Source of the DNA: an uncultured Capnocytophaga sp.
Lineage (GTDB): Bacteria; Bacteroidota; Bacteroidia; Flavobacteriales; Flavobacteriaceae
NCBI GenBank assembly: GCA_963521335.1
Contig: CAUQUO010000006.1
Coordinates: forward strand, 11,697 to 75,696
Direction of reading: 5' to 3'
Length of the DNA: 64,000 bases
Shown: piece by piece, positions 51,696 through 61,174 of the stretch
Layout of the letters: every line of letters starts with the position of its first letter
Position numbering within the stretch: position 1 is the stretch's first letter
Translations under genes and position numbers: made by a program
The notes under the pieces: generated by a model
Databases searched by the model: none
What the model saw: only the letters and a program-made list of their open reading frames with translations
Told to the model about the DNA's origin: nothing

Positions 51696-53327
51696 TTAAT
51701 CGCGTATTCGTTTAACTTTTTCCTCAAAAGCATCACGTTCTCCTTTTGCTTTGTTCCGTACTTTAGTGCGATAGTTATACACCGTACGAAGAGAATAGCG
51801 CAAGAATTCGGCTATCTTATTGCTATCGGTGATGCCTAAACGGATGAGGGCAAAGATACGTAATTCGGTATTGAGGAGTTCACCTTTTTTAGGTAAGATT
51901 TGCTCTCCTTCCTCTAAAAGAGCGTTGAAGTGAGTTACGAAATGTGGGTATATATTCAGGAAGATAGTATCGAAATTCTTGTAAAGTTCCTCTAATTCTT
52001 GTTCTACCACAGTGGTAGATTTTAGCACCTTGGTAAGGTCGTCAAACTGATGTTTAGAAGCCTTTTTGTAGAGCAATTTTCGGTAGTTTTCAATCTTATC
52101 AATATACGCTGAACAGAGGTTGAAGAAATGCGCAATATACTCTTCTTTGATAAGGTTTGCCTCCTCGAGATTGAGATTTGCCTCCTCAAGGTTTTGGTTC
52201 ATCAGTTGGAGGTCGGCATTGAGTTTTTCGAGTTGCTGATTACTATGGCAGAGCTCTTTACGCGTTTTTACCAATCGCTTTACTTGTTTGTACACATATA
52301 CCAAAGCGATAATAAGGGCTACCGACAATACGCTGATGAGTACTAAATAGAGCTGTAATTCTTTCTTTTGTTTGGCTTCTTTCTCTTGATAGGCAGTATT
52401 GATGATAGAATAGAAAGAGGCACCTTCTTCGGCGCGGTGTCGCACATTGCAGAAGGCAGCATCGTCTATTGCCATTTTGATAAACTGATAGGCTTTACTT
52501 ATATTTCCGCGTTTGTAGTAAGTAAGCGCCAAACTCTGCAATGAGGCGTTATCTTTGATAGTATTTTTGATATCGGCAATGGCTGAGAGGGCAAAATAAT
52601 ACTCTTGCAACTCGTCATTGCCTTGTTGTTGATGAATAAGTCCTAAGTAATAAGCTATCACCGCACGCTGAGGGTCATTGGCTGGAGTTTGAGAGAGCAA
52701 ACTGAGAAAAAGCTGGGTTGCGTTATTTTTATCAGCAGAATAGAATTGCTTGATAGCATCATTGAGTTTAAAGAGTGTTGATTGAGGAGCTAAACACAAC
52801 AACAATGAATCTCGATAGTTATCGGACATTCTAAAATAGTGGAGATTGTTGGTACTCTGCCCATAATGACTATAATAGGTGTGAAATGTTTCGTAGTAAT
52901 CACACAACAACGTTTTATTTAAACGCTGTTTATCAATAGAAGAAAGTAATTGTAACGACTCTACATACATTCCTTTTACTGAGTAGAGTTTAGAGAGCAG
53001 AATACGTGTTTCGTCCTGCTTTTCGGTATCGTTTAAAGCGATTGCTATTTGTTCGTTTTTCAGCAAATAGGCTACTGCCGAATCGACCTTAAACTTTCGG
53101 TATTCGTCATACAATTGCTTGTGTAAATCGTATTTTTCTGCTGGTTGAGAGGCTTTTTTAAGAGCCTTTTCCAAAGAAGCGATACGCTGTTCTTTGGCTT
53201 GTATATAAGTAGCACTCTGCTCAATAGTTTGATTGAGTTGGTGGAGTACAGCTTCTTTGTTCTCTTGTGCCACCGCTGCATTCCTTCCCAACAACAATAT
53301 GATAAAGAGTGTGATATAGTTTTTCAT
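51696..53327 (-). CDS. SusR-like (DUF6377) membrane-anchored transcriptional regulator
   Basis: Periplasmic TPR region, TM helix and C-terminal ELRIFALIRLGITDSNKIAEFLRYSLRTVYNYR. Confidence 0.9.
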   Translation of the reverse strand: MKNYITLFIILLLGRNAAVAQENKEAVLHQLNQTIEQSATYIQAKEQRIASLEKALKKASQPAEKYDLHKQLYDEYRKFKVDSAVAYLLKNEQIAIALNDTEKQDETRILLSKLYSVKGMYVESLQLLSSIDKQRLNKTLLCDYYETFHTYYSHYGQSTNNLHYFRMSDNYRDSLLLCLAPQSTLFKLNDAIKQFYSADKNNATQLFLSLLSQTPANDPQRAVIAYYLGLIHQQQGNDELQEYYFALSAIADIKNTIKDNASLQSLALTYYKRGNISKAYQFIKMAIDDAAFCNVRHRAEEGASFYSIINTAYQEKEAKQKKELQLYLVLISVLSVALIIALVYVYKQVKRLVKTRKELCHSNQQLEKLNADLQLMNQNLEEANLNLEEANLIKEEYIAHFFNLCSAYIDKIENYRKLLYKKASKHQFDDLTKVLKSTTVVEQELEELYKNFDTIFLNIYPHFVTHFNALLEEGEQILPKKGELLNTELRIFALIRLGITDSNKIAEFLRYSLRTVYNYRTKVRNKAKGERDAFEEKVKRIRD

Positions 53328-53344
53328 AAGGTTTGTTTTTTTCT

Positions 53345-53423
53345 TTGGACATTATTCGGACATTTCGGACATTTCGGACATTTTGCCCGCTTTTTGCCCG
53401 CATTGCCCGCTTTTTGCCCGCTT
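53345..53423. repeat. Compound tandem repeat: GGACATT x4 followed by TTGCCCGC x4
   Basis: GGACAT at 53347, 53358, 53367 and 53376; GCCCGC at 53385, 53396, 53405 and 53416. Confidence 0.9.
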
Positions 53424-54746
53424 TTATTTTAGTTCATAATAAGTGCTTACACTTGCTCCAAGTTGTCTAAGCAAATTATATTTCTCTACTAAATCAGTCA
53501 AATCATTACTCGTGGTTCTCTTAGAAATATTATTTAGTTCTTGGTATTCACTATTTGTTATTTTTCCTCTCTCTTTGAGATATAATATTGCTTTTATCTG
53601 TCTTTCATTAAGTCCTTTTTCTCGTAAATCAGTTTCATTATAAATATCTTTGTGGAATACTACCCAAAATCCTGAAGAAGCGTAATAATACAATGGGTTA
53701 GGTAATCCTGCTTTAGCACACTGCTCATTCATTTTTCTGATGCCACGTCCCCACGCTTCTATATAACCTATACGGAAGAACGCATTAGAAATATCTGGAT
53801 TATAGGGCACAGATGAATGTTTTTCTTGCAAAGTATCTATTGTCCAATTTTCGGGTAACTGACCATAGTTCCAAATCATTATTTTATTTTTATAGACACT
53901 GATTTGTATTGGGGTTGCACCGCTGTAATCTTTATGAGCAATGGCATTGTGAATAGCTTCGCGAACCGCTTCTTGTGGATACTCATAGGTCTCAACACGG
54001 TAAATACCTTCATAGCTAATTATAGCCTTGATATATTTAGTAAAAAGCAAGTCCATTGTCTTTTCTACTTGCTCAAATAGATTGCCGTGTACCTCATCTT
54101 GAAATAGCAAATCACTATCGTCATCACTAAAATATCCTATTTTTACATAAGCATTGGTTACATACTTTTCAGGGTCAGGGTGAAAAAGTAGAAGAGCCGC
54201 ACGTTTTAGTTGTCCGTTTTCTGTGAGTTTTAAGTTGTTTAACAACAATTCATTACTATCTGATAGTGCATCATCATCTAGCCTACGTGCTTTTATTCCT
54301 CTTTTGCGAAAGAAATTAAAGGTGTCCGATTTTAATTCGGTAACAGAAACATTAGGATAAAGTATACTATCCCAATGCTTTCCTTGCTTTCCTAACAAAA
54401 ATTTATCTAAGGCTGCTCCTTTGAGTTCTTGTTTAGTACTACCACTGCGATAATGGTATTCTCCTTTATAATTAACTGGATTAGACTGCGGACTCACATT
54501 AATTTCTATACAATCGCCTTCGGGAGTTTCAAGCAAATTTACATCTACTACTATTCCTAATACATTGGTGATTTTATTAGGAATATCTTCCATTAGGCGT
54601 TTAGCATCAGACACTCCAATTATTTTTCCTTTGTCGTCTTTACCTATATAAAGTTTTCCTCCTTGTGCATTAGCAAAACCACAAATCCATTTTAGGTATT
54701 CATCACGCCAAGACGATTTGTATTCTATGTTATGAGATTCTGACAT
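53424..54746 (-). CDS. AlbA_2 (Schlafen-like) / RecG-like HATPase / winged-HTH protein
   Basis: ESHNIEYKS, CGFANAQGGKLYIG, YRSGST, REAIHNAIAHKDY, IEAWGRGI and a C-terminal HTH. Confidence 0.88.
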   Translation of the reverse strand: MSESHNIEYKSSWRDEYLKWICGFANAQGGKLYIGKDDKGKIIGVSDAKRLMEDIPNKITNVLGIVVDVNLLETPEGDCIEINVSPQSNPVNYKGEYHYRSGSTKQELKGAALDKFLLGKQGKHWDSILYPNVSVTELKSDTFNFFRKRGIKARRLDDDALSDSNELLLNNLKLTENGQLKRAALLLFHPDPEKYVTNAYVKIGYFSDDDSDLLFQDEVHGNLFEQVEKTMDLLFTKYIKAIISYEGIYRVETYEYPQEAVREAIHNAIAHKDYSGATPIQISVYKNKIMIWNYGQLPENWTIDTLQEKHSSVPYNPDISNAFFRIGYIEAWGRGIRKMNEQCAKAGLPNPLYYYASSGFWVVFHKDIYNETDLREKGLNERQIKAILYLKERGKITNSEYQELNNISKRTTSNDLTDLVEKYNLLRQLGASVSTYYELK

Positions 54747-54748
54747 TA

Positions 54749-56851
54749 TTAATTTAAGTTATTGATTCTAATACCATCATAAAAATATCCTAAGATATAT
54801 AGTTCAAAAGGATGTAAGGTTGGTATCTTTAATTTAATATTTTCTAATCCTATTTCATTGAATTGTGCTATTATAGAATGAATAGGTATTTCTATATCTT
54901 CCAAGTTTAATATACCTGAATTTTGAATTTTCCTACTAATCATTCTTGGCAAGCCATACTCTTCTAATTCATACACTATTCTTGGTAAAAAAGCATAAGA
55001 TGTTTTTGCTATAAATGAACTAATATCTATTTTTTCATCAAAAATATGATTATATAACAAGTTCACATCATTTAACACTGATGATATTTTAAAGGCCATA
55101 TTTCTTTCCATCTCAAAAAATTTTTCTACTGTAACTCCATTTCCTTGTAAGAGAGAAAGCATTCTTGGAATTGTCATTGTCCAATTTTGTGAGATTACTT
55201 TTATAAAAGCAACCATATCCTTATAAGTAGCTCCTATATTCCCTATTTGCTTCAATATTAAATACAAGGATTTTTCCCAATCATTTGGATTATTAGAATT
55301 TAGATATGATAATCCTTTCCACTCGTCAGGATTTTCTTTCATCAAAATAGCAATATTTTTTAATCTATTTGGAGCTAAGCTTTGTATTTGATTACTTTTA
55401 ACCATTTGACTATAAGCTCCTTCTCCTAAAATACCATCCATCTCATTTCTGAAAGCTATTACTTTTTTTTCTTGCTCCTTCGTCAAATTTTCTTTCAAAT
55501 TCTCAATATCTAAAGAATTTATTAAATCGTCTGAAAATTCTAATTTTAATTGAGAAGGAGTATTTTGTGGAGGACTTTCTAATAAATAAATTTTTCCTAT
55601 AAAATGTCTAAACATTCTACCTCCTCTACCTATTATGTTTTTATATGTGAAATTATTGAGTTTAACCCTACCATTCTTATTAGACCAAATAATAATTTTC
55701 TCTGCAGAGGTGTTAACTCCTTCTATTATAGAAGAGGTTGAAATAATATTATATAATCCCTCAAATTCCTCAAATAATTTTATTTGTATTTGACTTAATG
55801 ACCTATGCATTTTACCATTATGTATTCCTACTGTCTTTTTTACCAAATCTGCTAATATATAATAAGGTGCATAATTAATTTTAAGCCACTCAGAAAATTG
55901 AGATAAAATCAGATTCTGTACTTCTTGAATATTATCTTTTAAAACATTAGAAATAAAATCGATGTTACTATAAGTACCTGCATATATCAGTGTTTTTGTT
56001 TTCTCCTCTTTTAAAATTTCTAATATTTTAGAAGTTTTAAAACTATCATTTATTTTATCAACTTCATCATAGCATTTATAAATATCAGAATACACTGTGG
56101 AAAAATCAAGTGGAAGAAAAAGCATCTCTTTTGTAATAGGGTTATCTTCTATATCTGAAATATTTGGAGCTAAAAAATATTTTTGCTTTGCTTTCTTTTG
56201 AAGACCTAAAATTGCTTTTAATAAAATAGGAGCTCTCTCTTTATCATATTCAATATCTGCTTTGTAGAATTCATCTATAATTAGGATATCTATATTCTTA
56301 ATTTTTGCTTCATAATTAATGGCTCTTTCTTGTGGAAATATAAAAATATTCCTCTCTCCTAATTCTATTTCAGGAGTAGTAATAATTTTATATTTATCGG
56401 CAAACTTCTTATAAATTCTTCTCCGTGTTTCATCTGTTAAAGCTATTGTTGGCACTATAATTACAACATTATTAGGATTTTTCAACGCAATAAAGGCATC
56501 TATCACAAAACTTTTCCCAAAACTTGTTGGAGCACTTACTGCAATATCTTTATTTTCTAATAATTTTTTAAGAAGGAATGATTGTTCCCTATGTAATACT
56601 CTGCTCTCTCCTCCTGTATCAACTTTAAATGCTTCACAAACAAATCTATCTTCCCAATTAGCTGTATCTGTTTTAATATATGGATATAGTCCTACTTCCC
56701 TTATCAAATGATTTACAATCTCATTATATTTCATTCCTTCTCTCTCATGGAAATCCAGTAATTTGATTAGTTCCTCTCTAGCTTCCTTTTCCCTTGATTC
56801 ATTCAAAAGATTATTAATTTGACTACAAGTTTTAAAAACATATTCATTCAT
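54749..56851 (-). CDS. hamB: Hachiman SF2 (Ski2-like) helicase HamB
   Basis: APTSFGKS Walker A, VPTIAL, IDEFYK, STSSIIEGVN and NIIGRGGR motifs. ATG lies 1 nt after the hamA stop. Confidence 0.82.
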   Translation of the reverse strand: MNEYVFKTCSQINNLLNESREKEAREELIKLLDFHEREGMKYNEIVNHLIREVGLYPYIKTDTANWEDRFVCEAFKVDTGGESRVLHREQSFLLKKLLENKDIAVSAPTSFGKSFVIDAFIALKNPNNVVIIVPTIALTDETRRRIYKKFADKYKIITTPEIELGERNIFIFPQERAINYEAKIKNIDILIIDEFYKADIEYDKERAPILLKAILGLQKKAKQKYFLAPNISDIEDNPITKEMLFLPLDFSTVYSDIYKCYDEVDKINDSFKTSKILEILKEEKTKTLIYAGTYSNIDFISNVLKDNIQEVQNLILSQFSEWLKINYAPYYILADLVKKTVGIHNGKMHRSLSQIQIKLFEEFEGLYNIISTSSIIEGVNTSAEKIIIWSNKNGRVKLNNFTYKNIIGRGGRMFRHFIGKIYLLESPPQNTPSQLKLEFSDDLINSLDIENLKENLTKEQEKKVIAFRNEMDGILGEGAYSQMVKSNQIQSLAPNRLKNIAILMKENPDEWKGLSYLNSNNPNDWEKSLYLILKQIGNIGATYKDMVAFIKVISQNWTMTIPRMLSLLQGNGVTVEKFFEMERNMAFKISSVLNDVNLLYNHIFDEKIDISSFIAKTSYAFLPRIVYELEEYGLPRMISRKIQNSGILNLEDIEIPIHSIIAQFNEIGLENIKLKIPTLHPFELYILGYFYDGIRINNLN

Positions 56852-56852
56852 A

Positions 56853-57776
56853 CTATTGATTTCTATAGTGTTCAGCATTAGATTTAAAATTATCTACTAT
56901 TTTATTCTTATTTGGTACAGGAAAAATAATTAAATGAAAATTAATTTCTGAATATTTCCATATACTACCTATTTTAGATATTTGTTTAGAAAAATACGAT
57001 TGAGCCCTATCTTTATGATATTTTTCAACTTCTCGTTTATACTCTTGCGTCAAATCATTGTATCTTTTTGTTATAGCACATTCATAGAGTAATAGAATTG
57101 GAATATGTAACTTAGGTTTTAATTTATCTATAGAAGTACCATTACTTAATAAAGATTTAATACGTTTTCTTAGTTCCTCTTCTTCTATAACAACATCAAT
57201 ATCAGGAAGATTAGTAATGATAGCATTTTCTTTCTTTAAACTATTTTCTCTTAATGAATTTTCTATAGATTTAATAATTTTATTTAAACTTGCGTCTTTT
57301 ATATCACTATAAAATTTGGCCTCTCCAAACCAAATTGAAAAATCATTATTTTCTATAACAATATGAACACTATCCACTCCTTTTGCGTTATCATTAGGAT
57401 TTTGCTTGTGAAATATTTTAGGTACAACTGGTAAAGCACCATAATGATGTTTCATTATTCCATATAGGAGTATTTCCGCAATTTCACTTCCTTCTCCTTT
57501 ATCAGGGCGATTAATTAAACGTAGATTCCTTGCAGCTTCTTTTAAACTAGAGAAAGGCTGTTCAATTAATTTCTCTCTTTCCTTTGCAGACAAAGCTGTT
57601 TCTACTATATTATCCCAAATAAAATTTTGAAACTTTTCATATCGCCAATCACCACCTTCAAAATCATTAATTAAACTTAATACTTTTTTGTTGTTTGTTG
57701 GAGTAAGTGTAGTATTTGTATTAAATACTGAAAAGTTCTCATCTATCAAAACATTAAAAATATTTATCTTTGCCAT
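56853..57776 (-). CDS. hamA: Hachiman HamA (DUF1837) nuclease
   Basis: SEIAEILLY, KGVDSVH, WFGEAKFY (D...EAK nuclease motif) and FHLIIFPVP, upstream of an SF2 helicase. Confidence 0.85.
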   Translation of the reverse strand: MAKINIFNVLIDENFSVFNTNTTLTPTNNKKVLSLINDFEGGDWRYEKFQNFIWDNIVETALSAKEREKLIEQPFSSLKEAARNLRLINRPDKGEGSEIAEILLYGIMKHHYGALPVVPKIFHKQNPNDNAKGVDSVHIVIENNDFSIWFGEAKFYSDIKDASLNKIIKSIENSLRENSLKKENAIITNLPDIDVVIEEEELRKRIKSLLSNGTSIDKLKPKLHIPILLLYECAITKRYNDLTQEYKREVEKYHKDRAQSYFSKQISKIGSIWKYSEINFHLIIFPVPNKNKIVDNFKSNAEHYRNQ

Positions 57777-57792
57777 CTCTTTACTTACCTCA

Positions 57793-60387
57793 TTAAAATT
57801 CTAATTCTGTTTGGGTGCCGTTATTATCGTTTTCAGGAGTAGGGACAATTTCTTCATCACCTAAATCTTCTTCTACAAGTTCCTCTTCTTGAGGTTCTTC
57901 GTAGGGGAGAGATTCAAGAGTGTTGATAGTTTTCACCTTATCGGTGGTGAGCTGGTTACCCAAGGCTTTGATACCTTTTACACTGATGAACTCTTCTAAA
58001 TTCACGGTAAGGTTCTCTTTCTCCTTGCCTTTTTCTTTGGTGAAGACCACCTCAGCCATAGGTCGCCAATCGGCAGAGACAAAGAGCAATTGCGATTTAG
58101 GATGTTCAGTAATGACTAACTCTTCGCGGTTTTCGTTCTCTACCACAAAGCGTTTTACAAACACGCGTTCTTTCTCGCCATCATAATAAATCACCGAAAT
58201 AGGTTTCTCGGGCACCCATTTTTCCATTACGGCAATATTGTTCTCGAAATGCAGACTCAATTCGGGGATAATGGTCTTCACGACGCCCTCTTTGGTGATG
58301 AGAAGCATACGGTCATCGCCTTTGAAAGCCCCGAGTAACGTGCCGCGCTCTTCGGTGTTGAGGCGTTTTACGATATCGTCAAACCATATCTTGCGCGGTT
58401 TGAGGGTTGATACGCCTTTTTCTTTTAGCTCGATGCGCTTGATAGCGTATTTGCTCACAAGGTTTCCTTTCACACCCCGCCCTTTGATGAGGGTATCGGC
58501 AAAATCGATATCCCATCGCAGTTTGCGCAAAGTGCCTAACTGACGTAAGTTCACGGTTACCACTTCGGCTTCACCATTAGGGTTGGCTGTAAAATAGAGC
58601 ACACGCGACTCTTTGTGTTGCGGAATGAGCTCGTATTTCTTATCGCGGGTAATACCCGTAACATTGAAGCGCTTGATATAGGAGAAGCCCGTTTGTCCGT
58701 CCTTATAAATCATATTGTACACGGTGCGCTTGTCGTCTTTCTTAAAGACCGCTACGTGTATGATATTTTTCTCTATATATTGTTTATCAGCTACTTTGGT
58801 AACGTACATCGCACCGCTTTCGGTAAATACAATCACATCGTCGATATCACTGCAATCGCCTACATACTCATCTTTGCGCAAGCCTGTACCCACAAAACCT
58901 TCAGCTCTGTTCACATAGAGTTTGGTATTGCGCACCACTACTTTGGTCGCCTCAATGGTGTCGAACACTCGAATTTCGGTTTTCCGTTCGCGCCCTTTAC
59001 CATAAGTCTTTTTAAGGCGTTCGAAATGGGCAATTGCATAGTCGATGAGGTTTGCGAGGTGGTTTTTCACTTCCTCGATATCGGCTTCAATTTTAAGGAT
59101 ATTTTCATCAGCCTTATAAGAATCGAAGCGGGTGATACGAATCATTGGTATTTGGGTGAGTTTAGCCAAATCGTCATCGGTAATCTCACGCAATAAATCT
59201 TTTTTGAAAGGCTCAAAACGCTGGTATAAGTACTCGTACAAACTCTCTCTATCGGTGTAGTTCTTGAAGTCGATATACATCTCCTCTCTGATGAAAATCT
59301 TTTCGAGCGAGGCGTTGTGCCACTGCATTTCGAGTTCAGAAAGTTCAATTTCGAGTTCTTGTTTGAGTAGATTGACTGTACGGTCGGTACTGCGACGCAA
59401 CACTTCTGAAACGGTGAGAAAATGCGGTTTGTTGTCCTCAATCACACAGGTAATGGGCGAAATAGCTGTTTCGCAGGCAGTGAAAGCGTAGAGTGCATCG
59501 ATAGTCTTATCGGGCGACGTGCCGTTGGGCAAGTGCACTAATATTTCTACATTGGCAGCTGTGTTATCATCTACCTTTTTGATTTTTATCTTGCCTTTTT
59601 CGTTGGCTTTCAGTATAGAATCTATAAGCGAAGTAGTGGTGGTAGTAAACGGAATTTCGGTGATGCAAAGCGTACTCTTATCGAGTTGCGAAATCTTGGC
59701 ACGCACTCGCACACGTCCGCCTCTTGCGCCATCGTTATAGCCACTTACATCCATAATACCCGCAGTAGGGAAATCGGGATATAGTTCAAATGATTTGCCT
59801 TTGAGGTAAGCAATGGAAGCCTCAATGAGTTCAATAAAGTTGTGAGGTAATATTTTAGTGGAAAGACCCACGGCTATCCCCTCGGTGCCTTGTGCCAAGA
59901 GGAGCGGGAATTTCACCGGCAAGCTGATAGGCTCTTTTTTACGACCGTCATAGCTGGATTGCCATTCGGTTACCTTAGGGCTAAACACCACATCGAGGGC
60001 GAATTTAGAAAGGCGAGCTTCGATATAACGAGGCGCTGCCGCATCATCACCTGTGAGGATATTTCCCCAGTTACCTTGCGTATCGATGAGCAAGTCCTTC
60101 TGACCGATTTGCACAATAGCATCGCCTATACTGGCATCGCCGTGAGGGTGATACTGCATTGTATTCCCCACGACGTTAGCCACCTTGTTGTAGCGACCAT
60201 CGTCTAATTCTTTAAGCGAGTGCATAATACGGCGTTGTACGGGCTTAAAACCATCTTCGATTGCTGGTACAGCGCGTTCGAGGATTACGTATGAAGCGTA
60301 ATCCAAGAACCAATCTTGGTACATACCCGTGATTTTAATAATGCTATCTCCTTGATTTGTATTATTTTGAGGCGTATTGTCTTCCAT
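57793..60387 (-). CDS. parC: DNA topoisomerase IV subunit A (Bacteroidota type)
   Basis: YASYVILERA, DGFKPVQRR, YHPHGDAS and AAPRYIEAR motifs. Confidence 0.93.
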   Translation of the reverse strand: MEDNTPQNNTNQGDSIIKITGMYQDWFLDYASYVILERAVPAIEDGFKPVQRRIMHSLKELDDGRYNKVANVVGNTMQYHPHGDASIGDAIVQIGQKDLLIDTQGNWGNILTGDDAAAPRYIEARLSKFALDVVFSPKVTEWQSSYDGRKKEPISLPVKFPLLLAQGTEGIAVGLSTKILPHNFIELIEASIAYLKGKSFELYPDFPTAGIMDVSGYNDGARGGRVRVRAKISQLDKSTLCITEIPFTTTTTSLIDSILKANEKGKIKIKKVDDNTAANVEILVHLPNGTSPDKTIDALYAFTACETAISPITCVIEDNKPHFLTVSEVLRRSTDRTVNLLKQELEIELSELEMQWHNASLEKIFIREEMYIDFKNYTDRESLYEYLYQRFEPFKKDLLREITDDDLAKLTQIPMIRITRFDSYKADENILKIEADIEEVKNHLANLIDYAIAHFERLKKTYGKGRERKTEIRVFDTIEATKVVVRNTKLYVNRAEGFVGTGLRKDEYVGDCSDIDDVIVFTESGAMYVTKVADKQYIEKNIIHVAVFKKDDKRTVYNMIYKDGQTGFSYIKRFNVTGITRDKKYELIPQHKESRVLYFTANPNGEAEVVTVNLRQLGTLRKLRWDIDFADTLIKGRGVKGNLVSKYAIKRIELKEKGVSTLKPRKIWFDDIVKRLNTEERGTLLGAFKGDDRMLLITKEGVVKTIIPELSLHFENNIAVMEKWVPEKPISVIYYDGEKERVFVKRFVVENENREELVITEHPKSQLLFVSADWRPMAEVVFTKEKGKEKENLTVNLEEFISVKGIKALGNQLTTDKVKTINTLESLPYEEPQEEELVEEDLGDEEIVPTPENDNNGTQTELEF

Positions 60388-60446
60388 CGGAATAAAGGTT
60401 ATTTGAAGGGGCAAAAATATAGAATAATTACCAAATTAGCAAATTA

Positions 60447-61172
60447 TCAAATCTCCCCCTTCATCAACGCTTCTCCTATCAAAAGGGCATCTATACCTAA
60501 TTTTTCTGCATAAACGATGTCTTCTTTACTGTGATAACCACTTTCTCCTACTACTATCAATTGCTCCCTTCTCTCTTGGGGGATTTCTTGTAGCAACTGC
60601 TCTGTGGTAGCAAGTGATACCTCAAAAGTGTTAAGGTTCCGATTGTTGATTCCTAATATTTCCAAATCAGGCAAAGCTAGTGCTCGCTGTAGCTCTTGTT
60701 TGTCGTGTACTTCTACCAATACATCCAAGCCTAAATCTTGTGCCAAGCGGTGTAACGATTGTAGTTGTATATCACTTAGCATCCGCACAATAAGCAGTAT
60801 GGCTGAAGCTCCTAAAAACTTACTATGAGCTACCTGAAATGGCGTATAAATAAAATCCTTACGCAAGATAGGTATATGGGGGATGTGTTCTTTTACTCTC
60901 GGAATAAAAAGATTATCTCCTTTAAAATAAGCTTCTTCTGTGAGAATAGAAAAAGCGGCCACCCCTTTTTTTCTATAGTTTTGTGCTTGGGTGATAAGAT
61001 CAAAATCCTTGTTGGCTATTACCCCTTTTGAAGGTGATGCTCGCTTTATCTCTCCTATAATGCTAATACCCTCCTTTGATAACGCTTCCTTAAACGAAGG
61101 TCGGTGTAGCAATTGCTTCTCCTTCTCTAGTTGTAAATCTCTCTTTTCCTTTATTTCTAATAATATATCCAT
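60447..61172 (-). CDS. trpC: Indole-3-glycerol phosphate synthase
   Basis: EIKRASPSKG, LRKDFI, LVEVH, GINNRNL and LIGEALM motifs. Confidence 0.95.
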   Translation of the reverse strand: MDILLEIKEKRDLQLEKEKQLLHRPSFKEALSKEGISIIGEIKRASPSKGVIANKDFDLITQAQNYRKKGVAAFSILTEEAYFKGDNLFIPRVKEHIPHIPILRKDFIYTPFQVAHSKFLGASAILLIVRMLSDIQLQSLHRLAQDLGLDVLVEVHDKQELQRALALPDLEILGINNRNLNTFEVSLATTEQLLQEIPQERREQLIVVGESGYHSKEDIVYAEKLGIDALLIGEALMKGEI

Positions 61173-61174
61173 CG

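Noticed and set aside
53145..53432. ORFs containing FGHFGH and NVRNVR repeats
   Set aside because: Artefacts of the tandem repeat, overlapping the SusR-like gene.
53424..57792. Possible integrative mobile element around the Hachiman genes
   Set aside because: No integrase, transposase, tRNA target or flanking direct repeats are visible, so it is reported only as a defence cassette.
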